NCBI GenBank assembly: GCA_963722655.1
Contig: CAVRNT010000002.1
Coordinates: 206,287-270,286, forward strand
Direction: 5' to 3'
Length of the DNA stretch: 64,000 bases
DNA from: an uncultured bacterium
GTDB lineage: Bacteria > Patescibacteriota > Minisyncoccia > UBA6257 > GWB1-50-10
A model generated the notes under the pieces. It saw nothing but the letters and a program-made list of their open reading frames with translations. It was not told where the DNA came from and did no database searches. This document shows, piece after piece, positions 31,246 through 38,730 of the stretch. Every line of letters begins with the position of its first letter. Position 1 is the stretch's first letter. Both the position numbers and the translations under genes were made by a program.

Positions 31246-31890
31246 TTATAGCGCAATCAGATCTTCGTACGCTCTCTTCGGATCGGGCGAGTTGAAGATG
31301 AACGTCGCGGAAACTACCTCATCTGCGCCCGCGGCCTTCACGGCGCGCGCGGTTTCCAAATTTATACCGCCGTCCACGCTCACCAAAAGCCGCGGCCATT
31401 TAGTTTTTATTTCTTTAATCCTCTTGGGCGTCGCCGGGTCCTGCGTGCCACCAGAAAAACCAATGGGCACCGCAAGAAGGTGGACGCCTTTGAGCGCCGG
31501 GTCGGCCGTGAAACTTTCCAGGATTTGAAGGGACGTTTCTTTCTTCATCCCTAGAAATATCTCCGCGTCGTATTTTCCCCCCAACGCCGCGACGGCCGGC
31601 CAGGCCTTCACAGCTTCCACGTGGACTATCGTCCGCTTCGCCCCAGCATTAAGCCAACTTTCAAGGACTTCCTCGGGGTTAACGACCATCAAATGAACGT
31701 GCGCCTCAACTGCCGGGAATTCTTCCAGAAGTTTTTTCAAGTCTTCGGGCGTCCCGCCAATCACGACGGGCGAAAAAATCCCATCCGATACGTCAATGTG
31801 GACGGTCGGGGCGCCGATCGCGGCGGCCGCTTCAAAGCGTTTGCGCGCGCATTCAATATCGCCGCAATTGATGACGGGTGAGACTTTCAT
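31246..31890 (-). CDS. rpe: Ribulose-phosphate 3-epimerase-like TIM-barrel protein
   Basis: VSPVINCGDIE...VHIDVSDGIFSP...VHLMV...VSVDGGIN, with metal-binding His/Asp positions typical of RPE. Confidence 0.7.
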   Translation of the reverse strand: MKVSPVINCGDIECARKRFEAAAAIGAPTVHIDVSDGIFSPVVIGGTPEDLKKLLEEFPAVEAHVHLMVVNPEEVLESWLNAGAKRTIVHVEAVKAWPAVAALGGKYDAEIFLGMKKETSLQILESFTADPALKGVHLLAVPIGFSGGTQDPATPKRIKEIKTKWPRLLVSVDGGINLETARAVKAAGADEVVSATFIFNSPDPKRAYEDLIAL

Positions 31891-32381
31891 CAGTTCCCTT
31901 CATCAAAATCCAGCTTGGGTTCCGGGTTCATCAGCTTTTCTTCCAAGTTGTTTATTTCGTCGATCCGCTTCCGGTGCCGGCTCTCGCCCGAAAAGGGCGT
32001 CTGGAGCCAAGTGGTGATTATCTTCTGGGCCGTCGGGTCGTCCAGATAGTTCGCGCCGAGTGCAAGAACGTTGGAATCGTCGTCGTTTCTGGAATCGAAG
32101 GCCTGATCGGACGAGGCGACGAGGGCCGAACGCACGCGCCGGAATTTGTTGGCGACGGCGTCCACGCCGACGCCCGAGCCACAGATCACGATCCCTCTAG
32201 AGGTCTCGAACTCCTCGCTTACTTTCTTCGCGACCGCGGCGGCGTAGAGCGGGTAATCGTCTCCCTCTTCGTACGCCTTTGCGCCCAGATCCGCCACGCT
32301 GTAGCCGCGGGCGGAAAGGAAGAGCTTTATTTTTTCTTTGAGAGCGAAACCCTGATGGTCCGCCCCGATGTAGATGAGCAT
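31890..32381 (-). CDS. rpiB: Ribose-5-phosphate isomerase B
   Basis: MLIYIGADHQGFALKEKI...GIVICGSGVGV is the RpiB/LacAB fold. Confidence 0.9.
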   Translation of the reverse strand: MLIYIGADHQGFALKEKIKLFLSARGYSVADLGAKAYEEGDDYPLYAAAVAKKVSEEFETSRGIVICGSGVGVDAVANKFRRVRSALVASSDQAFDSRNDDDSNVLALGANYLDDPTAQKIITTWLQTPFSGESRHRKRIDEINNLEEKLMNPEPKLDFDEGN

Positions 32382-32385
32382 TCTT

Positions 32386-33399
32386 TTAAAGCGACGCCAC
32401 CATTGAAACGTGCTTCACGAGCGTCGAGACGTATCCGGCCTCGTTGTCGTACCAGGAAAGGACCTTCACGAGGTCGCCGTCCACGACCTTCGTGAAGTTC
32501 AAGTCGACGAACGCTCCGTAGGGCGCGCCCAAAATGTCGGATGAGACGATCGGGTCGTTCACGACTCCCAATATTCCCTTCCACCGCGGGCTCACGGCCG
32601 CTTTTTTAAAAATGTCGTTCACCTCCTCTGCGCTCGTCTTCCGCTTCGCGATAAAGGTGATGTCGGCGATAGAACCGGCGACGATCGGCACGCGCATCGA
32701 TATGCCGTCGAACTTCCCCGCTAGTTCCTTGATGGCCCGCGTCACGGCGATGGCCGCCCCCGTCGTCGAGGGCACGATGTTTTCTGCCGCCGCCCGACCG
32801 CGCCGGAAGTCGCTTCCCTTGACCGGACCGTCCACGATGGATTGGGTGGCCGTATATCCGTGGACAGTGTTCAAAATCGCCTTGAGGATGCCGGGGTTTT
32901 CGGCCATCACCTGGATGACGGGCGAGGAGGCGTTCGTTGTGCATGAGCCGTTCGAGGTCAAGACCACACCTTTGGCCTCATCCTCGTTCACACCCATGAG
33001 GACCGTCTTGCCTTCGGTGCCGTCGGCGTCCTTCGCCGGGGCGGTGATCACGACGCGCTTCGCGCCGGATGCCAAATGTACCTTGGCCTTCCCGTATTCC
33101 TCGAAGAGCCCCGTCGCCTCGACGACGATGTCCACGCCGAGCGCCTTCCACGGCAATTGCGCCGGGTCCTTTACCTGCAAGAACTCTATCGGCTTGCCGT
33201 CCACGACGAGCTTGCCGCCCTTGACCTCCACGCTTTTATCGAACATCCGGTAGACCGTGTCGTACTTCAGAAGGTACGCTAGGTTTTCCACGTTCCCTAG
33301 ATCGTTCACCGCGACTATTTCTATGTCCTTATTCCCCCACGCCTGCTTCAGGAACAACCTCCCAATTCTCCCGAAACCGTTGATTGCCACTTTTGCCAT
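32386..33399 (-). CDS. gap: Glyceraldehyde-3-phosphate dehydrogenase
   Basis: MAKVAINGFGRIGRLFLKQAW and SNGSCTTNASSP (active-site Cys). Confidence 0.9.
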   Translation of the reverse strand: MAKVAINGFGRIGRLFLKQAWGNKDIEIVAVNDLGNVENLAYLLKYDTVYRMFDKSVEVKGGKLVVDGKPIEFLQVKDPAQLPWKALGVDIVVEATGLFEEYGKAKVHLASGAKRVVITAPAKDADGTEGKTVLMGVNEDEAKGVVLTSNGSCTTNASSPVIQVMAENPGILKAILNTVHGYTATQSIVDGPVKGSDFRRGRAAAENIVPSTTGAAIAVTRAIKELAGKFDGISMRVPIVAGSIADITFIAKRKTSAEEVNDIFKKAAVSPRWKGILGVVNDPIVSSDILGAPYGAFVDLNFTKVVDGDLVKVLSWYDNEAGYVSTLVKHVSMVASL

Positions 33400-33444
33400 A
33401 TATTATGAATATACCACAATCGCCTTAAATTTTAATTTCGCGTC

Positions 33445-33458
33445 CTTGACCGGTCAAG
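33445..33458. promoter_or_regulatory. Perfect 14-bp palindrome CTTGACCGGTCAAG in the divergent gap/hypothetical promoter region (candidate operator)
   Basis: Lies 46 nt upstream of the gap start codon on the minus strand and 53 nt upstream of the 33511 ORF. No U-run on either side, so not a terminator. Confidence 0.3.
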
Positions 33459-33510
33459 CCGAAAAAAGTTAATCTTAAAGTAGATTTCTTTCATAAAAGG
33501 AGACGGAAAA

Positions 33511-34203
33511 ATGGGCAAGCAACGCATCGTTTATTCCAGCGATCCCAATCGCTTCGTCATCGCGACCGACGCCGTACACGAAAATTTCGTACCCGTCAGC
33601 CGGTTTCTTCACAACGTCGTTATGGACCTGAAGCCGTCCAGCATCGAATACGGGCTGGAGGGTACGGCCACTATGGAGGCCTTGGGGTACAAGATGACCG
33701 CCGGGACCGCCAGGGCCTACGCTGAAGGCGCCGTCCTGATACCGATGAGCTTCCAGCGAGTGGCGGTGGTGATCGCCGGAGGCAACGAAGAGACCTACCG
33801 ACCCATCATCTCGGCGAGGGTGACCTTCATTGAAACCCCCGGGAAGGTCAGCAACACGTTGGAGGCGGTCCTCAAAGCAAACAGTATCGGTCCGGAGAAA
33901 GACGGCGAAAACGATAGCCTGACCGACTACCGCCGCGCCATCGAATTCCGTTTGTGCCACCGGTGGCTCTTCGAGGCCTTGCTTGACTGCGAGCGGGCAA
34001 CGACCAAGGTGAGGGTCATCTTGGATTCTCTGGCCCAACACCACCCGTTCAGGCTCAATGACCTTGATTATCGGGAAGCTATCGGCCACATCCTTTACTG
34101 TCCCCAGGACTCGTGCAAAAAATACAAAGAAGCTTACACCGAGACTCTGAACCGCCATTACTGGATCCTCGTCAATCAAGTGAGGATCGAATTTTTCCTA
34201 TAA
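33511..34203 (+). CDS. Hypothetical protein (230 aa)
   Basis: Strong SD (aaaggagacggaaaaATG). No recognisable motifs. Confidence 0.3.
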   Translation: MGKQRIVYSSDPNRFVIATDAVHENFVPVSRFLHNVVMDLKPSSIEYGLEGTATMEALGYKMTAGTARAYAEGAVLIPMSFQRVAVVIAGGNEETYRPIISARVTFIETPGKVSNTLEAVLKANSIGPEKDGENDSLTDYRRAIEFRLCHRWLFEALLDCERATTKVRVILDSLAQHHPFRLNDLDYREAIGHILYCPQDSCKKYKEAYTETLNRHYWILVNQVRIEFFL

Positions 34204-34237
34204 CAAAACGCAGGCCCCTTGGCCTGCGTATTTTTTA

Positions 34238-34747
34238 TTACTGCGGGTTGCTCGCGGCGGCGGAGCCGGGCAAAAGCGGCTTAACCAGTGTCTGGCCGCC
34301 GGCTTTGAGGTTAAGTATCTGGACGCGCCCGGCGTGGAGCTCAAGGACGCGGTCCACCGGCTCGGGAGGGTAATACAACTGCAAGGCGCTGTCGGGAGTG
34401 CCGGGCGCCGGCGGCGGTACGTTCTCCGCGTACCCCACGACCGTGTGGCCGCTGATCCAGACGATGTCTATCGGGAAGTTCATGTCCTTCATCCAGAAAC
34501 CGTAGGTCTCGGCGTCCGGGAAGACGAAATACATCCCCTCGTTGATGCCGATTTCCGTCCGTCCCCCCAAGCCCTTTCCCCTCTCGGCTTCGGTCTTCGC
34601 CGTGTCCGCGATGATGTACTGGTTGTTCATCCTGACCTCCACCTTGTTGCCGATCTGGGCGATCTGGTCGGCGACGGACGTAAGATAGATGCCGCCGCCG
34701 ATCGCGAAGCCGGTCAAGACCACCGCAATTTTCCCGTAAGTGTTCAC
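34238..34747 (-). CDS. Membrane-anchored DUF192-like protein
   Basis: N-terminal TM helix. ...GMYFVFPDAETYGFWMKDMNFPIDIVWISGHTVVG resembles the DUF192 core. Confidence 0.35.
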   Translation of the reverse strand: MNTYGKIAVVLTGFAIGGGIYLTSVADQIAQIGNKVEVRMNNQYIIADTAKTEAERGKGLGGRTEIGINEGMYFVFPDAETYGFWMKDMNFPIDIVWISGHTVVGYAENVPPPAPGTPDSALQLYYPPEPVDRVLELHAGRVQILNLKAGGQTLVKPLLPGSAAASNPQ

Positions 34748-34753
34748 GTTGCC

Positions 34754-35227
34754 CTAATTATACCCGGTCAAACTGAAAACGGCGATGCCGAAAGCGACGC
34801 TCACATTCAGCGACTCCTTCTTCCCGCACATCGGTATCTCCACTATCTCGTCGGCCGTCTTCAATATGGACGGCGGCAATCCGTTTACCTCGTTCCCCAA
34901 GACCAGCGTGGTCTTCCCCGCCGGCCGGACCTTGTCGTATGGGACGGAGCTTTTGCCCTGTTCCAAGGCGAATATTTTATATCCTTCCCCTTCCAATTTT
35001 TTCAAAACCGCGGTCGCTCTCGCCGCTTTTTCCCATAATACTGTCTTCTCCGCCCCCAAGGCGACCTTCGCGATTTCCGGCCGGACCTTCCCAAAACGGT
35101 CCAAGGGCGTGGGCGTGATACCGCAAATGTATATTTTTGAAACTCCCGCCGCGTCGGCCGTCCGGAAGATGGACCCGACGTTGTGCGCGCTCCGGATATT
35201 GTGCAAAACGACGATGATATTCCTCAT
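34754..35227 (-). CDS. SpoU/TrmH-family RNA 2'-O-methyltransferase
   Basis: IIVVLHNIRSAHNVGSIFRTADAAGV...LVLGNEVNGL...IPMCGKKESLNVSVAFGIAV are SPOUT motifs. Confidence 0.75.
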   Translation of the reverse strand: MRNIIVVLHNIRSAHNVGSIFRTADAAGVSKIYICGITPTPLDRFGKVRPEIAKVALGAEKTVLWEKAARATAVLKKLEGEGYKIFALEQGKSSVPYDKVRPAGKTTLVLGNEVNGLPPSILKTADEIVEIPMCGKKESLNVSVAFGIAVFSLTGYN

Positions 35228-35365
35228 TGGTTCATTCTAACAAAAAAAGAGCCCCGCTATACTATGCAGGGCATTCACCGGCTGGTGAAACTATATGTGA
35301 CGAAATGAATAGAAAGGAGGTTGTATAGGAACCGGTGTTGGTCAATATAACCTGACCGCGCTTGC

Positions 35366-35698
35366 TTATTCGATGAATAAGCTCACGTTTCGGGGCATGG
35401 TCGTTTCCCCGACGAACTGTTCGATGCTTGTGTGGACCACAATATCTTTGCTGGTATCTTCGTCTACATCCAGCAGACGACCATCGACCCTGGCCTCCCA
35501 TGTATTTTTTGCCGCCGGCTCAGGAATTTTCTCGACCAACGGTCCGCCGCATACCTCGCAGATGACCGGCGATACCATCATTGAAGAGCCTAAAAGGTTC
35601 TCCGTCCTCTTTCCGTCCACTGGTAATTTATCGATCTTTTCCCACGGATAGTACACGTGGCAATGCTCGCAGAATAACTGGCTACCTGGCAGAAACAT
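35366..35698 (-). CDS. Zinc-ribbon protein (110 aa)
   Basis: Start chosen at MFLPGSQLF, preceded by AGGAGGatat. Two CxxC pairs (CEHC...CEVCG). Confidence 0.5.
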   Translation of the reverse strand: MFLPGSQLFCEHCHVYYPWEKIDKLPVDGKRTENLLGSSMMVSPVICEVCGGPLVEKIPEPAAKNTWEARVDGRLLDVDEDTSKDIVVHTSIEQFVGETTMPRNVSLFIE

Positions 35699-35881
35699 AT
35701 ATCCTCCTCGATTTGAGTTTTCATTATTCAACTGAAAAGAACGATTATATGCTAGCATACTTGACCATAATTGTCAAATATGGCGCTCTAAAGGGAAAAC
35801 CAGCACGAATGCGAGTGTGTACTCAACCCTACCTCCCGTAGACCCAGTAAGGAGCGGTTAATCCCGCTCCATTTTATTAAT

Positions 35882-35910
35882 TTGACAAATCAATTCATGT
35901 CTGCTATAAT
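35882..35910 (+). promoter_or_regulatory. Consensus sigma70-type promoter TTGACA-17 nt-TATAAT
   Basis: ttgacaAATCAATTCATGTCTGCtataat gives exact -35 and -10 hexamers with a 17-nt spacer. No protein ORF lies downstream on the plus strand. Confidence 0.5.
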
Positions 35911-35916
35911 CATAGC

Positions 35917-36187
35917 GGAAAGAATAAGAGATTATCTCTTTCCAGAGTTCAGGGGCTCTTTCAAAAAAGCATCAGGGTTGCGGCAGTACTAGCCATCTAT
36001 TCGAGGATTATCATTCATTATTTTTGTTCTTTATTTATCTCAAATAATTCTCGAAACCTTTCCGTATTTTCAGTCATCGCTGGGACCACATATTATCCCC
36101 AGGAATTGGACCAACTGAAGATCGGATAGGGCACCTGCTCATCATTCATAAATTAAGGGACCTAATCTCAGGCCCCTTTTGCTTTTT
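35917..36187 (+). ncRNA. Candidate ~270-nt non-coding RNA (promoter to intrinsic terminator, no ORF)
   Basis: Bounded by the consensus promoter upstream and a hairpin AGGGACCtaatctcaGGCCCCT followed by TTTTGCTTTTT at 36155-36187. AT-rich, with several local hairpins (for example AGAGATTATCTCT). Confidence 0.3.
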
Positions 36188-36203
36188 ATAAAAGGGATTA
36201 AGA

Positions 36204-36340
36204 AAGTTCTAACGTCTCGTAGACCCTCCTCTGGTTAGAACTTTGTGGTGTTATAACTCTAAGTATTGATGAGGGTTATTTTGGTGTGAAGTTGAGTATG
36301 TACTCAACCCTACTCTAGGAGACAATATCAGAACTTTTTT
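36204..36340. repeat. Imperfect direct repeat copy B (~137 bp) flanking the islet on its left
   Basis: AAGTTCTAACGTCTCGTAGACCCTCCTCTGGTTAGAACTT...AAGTTGAGTATGTACTCAACCCTAC...CAGAACTTTTTT. About 75% identical to copy C, with conserved hairpin ends. Confidence 0.7.
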
Positions 36341-36410
36341 CTGGGACAAGTTTCTGAAAGGAGATTTATCACCAGATGAGGAGGGTGAAAATGACGGAAG
36401 AGAGAATTTC

Positions 36411-37334
36411 TTAGGCGATAGATTCGCCTCTTGAGAACAGAACGTTCGTATCGAAGTCGATTCTTTCCTTATATGATTCATCAATCTCCCTGACCGATTT
36501 ATAACCTAGGTAATGCGTCACCTCGTTCATCCGTAGGGCAACGCCCGAAAATGAAGGCCGTTTCAACTCTTCAAAGACTTTCCTCTTCTTCTCTTCCGGT
36601 GCGACGATAAATAGCGGGTAATTGGAATTCGGGTTCTCGGCCCGCAGGTCAGCCAGGCGTAGTATCCCAGAATATACCGAGGTTGTATTCTCAATTTCGA
36701 AAGCTGATTTGATTGAATATGGTCCGAATTTCCAAACTACATCAATATTCTTGATCGTCGGGGGTACATCCACCGTCTCATGAAATTCGGGAATCACGAA
36801 ATCTCTAAATATGTGTCCTTCATATTGCTTCCCTTGATCGTTCCGGGGCACCCAGATGTCTAAGCGAGCTAGTTTCCCTAATCGTATCAACCGCCACTGC
36901 ATTTCGGTATGTTCAGTCGGGGCTCTTTCGATTTGATTGTTGATGTGAGCGCGCTCTATTTCCTTCCTTTCCACAATTTGGACAAGCGGCTCTCCCCTTT
37001 CTATGGTCTTCAGGACTCCGAGGAGGTCTCCGTAATGGCGTGCGAAGTCCGCCACAGCGTTTTCGTTGATCATCGAAAAGCCGCGCGGTGCGTACGCCTC
37101 AGCGTACCCGAAGTATGGATTCAATTTACTGAGCGGAACGTTAACCCGTTCTTCATTGACGATGAAATACATTAGCTCCCATGTTGCTCCTTCCGGAGTC
37201 TCGCGCCAAAAGTGCTTTGCGAGGTCTTTACTCCTTGCTTTCGCTGCCACTTCACCTACGACCTTAATCCGGCCGCGGTTGTAAATAAGCACGATGTCGC
37301 CAGCTTCCATCCTGTTCCACCGAGTTTCGTTCAA
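36411..37334 (-). CDS. PUA-like (EVE/ASCH-like) N-terminal domain fused to a putative restriction-endonuclease-like C-terminal domain
   Basis: The N-terminus GDIVLIYNRGRIKVVGEVAAKA resembles the EVE/PUA beta-barrel core. The C-terminal half (LDIWVPRND...IDVVWKFGPYSIKSAFEIENTTSVYSGILRLADL) is acidic-residue-rich and nuclease-like. No close family is recognised. Confidence 0.4.
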   Translation of the reverse strand: MNETRWNRMEAGDIVLIYNRGRIKVVGEVAAKARSKDLAKHFWRETPEGATWELMYFIVNEERVNVPLSKLNPYFGYAEAYAPRGFSMINENAVADFARHYGDLLGVLKTIERGEPLVQIVERKEIERAHINNQIERAPTEHTEMQWRLIRLGKLARLDIWVPRNDQGKQYEGHIFRDFVIPEFHETVDVPPTIKNIDVVWKFGPYSIKSAFEIENTTSVYSGILRLADLRAENPNSNYPLFIVAPEEKKRKVFEELKRPSFSGVALRMNEVTHYLGYKSVREIDESYKERIDFDTNVLFSRGESIA

Positions 37335-37690
37335 AGGTCCTGGTACAGCTCCCCAAACAATGAATGGCGAATCGTGATAGATCTCCTCGAGGTTCTTGAT
37401 CTCGGAGAGCGGCAGAAACTGACGTACTTCATTCAGGTGGCGTTTCTTCTGGATCGTATCCTCAAAATGCCTTTCTGCTTCAGCGTTTCCACCGGCAACG
37501 GGTCCGTTTATCTTCGCCGATAGTGACGTAAATGTTTCCTTTTAAACTAAGGGGAATACATATAATCTCGTATTTGTACCCTTTTAATAGTAATAACTTT
37601 GCCCCACTAAAAGGTCCATCCGAAAAAATGGGTTTTTGACTAAGCATACGATTCTCAAATCATACGCTACCTACTTTAGCAAACGATGTT

Positions 37691-38419
37691 CTAATTTTTC
37701 ACAGGGGCAAGAGCAGCGGTAATAGAACCAGCCAATCGCTCTGACCAGTTTGCAACTGGTGAAAGTTGAAAGATGTGGTTCGTGAGCTTATTTGATTCGG
37801 TAATGAAGATTTTTGTATCGCCATTGATGGCACTTATTCTTCCCCCAACCAAAGCAACGACAGCAATAATTTTAGTATCAATGCCCTTTTCTTTAAGGAA
37901 CTTGGCAAGGTAATCCCTTTGCTGGAGAACCTGCTTGAATGGGCTTCTCCGATAGAGCTTATAGACATCGCCCTTGAGCTTGCGATAGAGATCCTGTCCC
38001 GAAACTCTGAAGACGCCGGCGTAGTTCTTAACCTCAATTATAATGACACCCTTTGGTCCGATGAGTAATCCATCAATGTCGCCTATCCTGGTGTTAGGAA
38101 TTGTGTAGTTGCGGATATAGATATAGTTGTCGTCTATGGTTTCTTTGAGCGTTTCTAGAACCTCCTTTTCGCCCTCCTCACCATAGCGATAGCCTCTGAT
38201 TTCATCCGGCAATTCCTCAATACTTTCCTTTATGACTAGGAAAACAACGACAGCGGCGATGTCAAAATACAGCCAGTACTGGTGGAGACTCGGGATAATA
38301 AGCGGAAGTAACACGGCGATCACGATCAGGGCCAATCCTATCATACCTATCCTCACGAGTGGCCACAGCTTCTTGAGCATTCTAGAGCTATAGGATTCTT
38401 GAGAGATTATAACCCGCAT
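37691..38419 (-). CDS. NERD (nuclease-related domain) protein with two N-terminal TM helices
   Basis: IYIRNYTIPNTRIGDIDGLLIGPKGVIIIEVKNYAGVF...YRRSPFKQVLQQRDYLAKFL is the NERD motif set. Confidence 0.65.
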   Translation of the reverse strand: MRVIISQESYSSRMLKKLWPLVRIGMIGLALIVIAVLLPLIIPSLHQYWLYFDIAAVVVFLVIKESIEELPDEIRGYRYGEEGEKEVLETLKETIDDNYIYIRNYTIPNTRIGDIDGLLIGPKGVIIIEVKNYAGVFRVSGQDLYRKLKGDVYKLYRRSPFKQVLQQRDYLAKFLKEKGIDTKIIAVVALVGGRISAINGDTKIFITESNKLTNHIFQLSPVANWSERLAGSITAALAPVKN

Positions 38420-38488
38420 TAATCTTATTCTAGCATTTCAACGATACGCGTCACCGCTCAGAAAGGCGGCTATTCCTAGGCTACGCAA

Positions 38489-38616
38489 AAGTTCTAACGT
38501 CTCGTAGACCCTCCTTTGGTCAGAACTTTTTGCGCTAGAACGCTAGCGTTAATGGGGGTTATTGGACGCAAAGTTGAGTATGTACTCAACCCTAGTGGAT
38601 GACGTTAGAACTTTTT
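38489..38616. repeat. Imperfect direct repeat copy C (~128 bp) flanking the islet on its right
   Basis: AAGTTCTAACGTCTCGTAGACCCTCCTTTGGTCAGAACTT...AAGTTGAGTATGTACTCAACCCTAG...GTTAGAACTTTTTA. Same architecture as copy B. A third partial copy (GTGTGTACTCAACCCTACCTCCCGTAGACCC) lies at 35812-35848. Confidence 0.7.
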
Positions 38617-38730
38617 ATGGGTTGAGTAACAAATATAAAACCACTATTTCAGCTATCAAAATAAACCACAAAACGAAACGACGGAACCCGGGACGTATTT
38701 TTAAATGATGGGATAGAGCCATTGGAGATA

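Noticed and set aside
33441-33470. Palindrome plus A-run as a terminator for gap or the 33511 gene
   Set aside because: It lies upstream of both divergent genes, and no U-tract follows the hairpin on either strand. A role as a regulatory site is more plausible.
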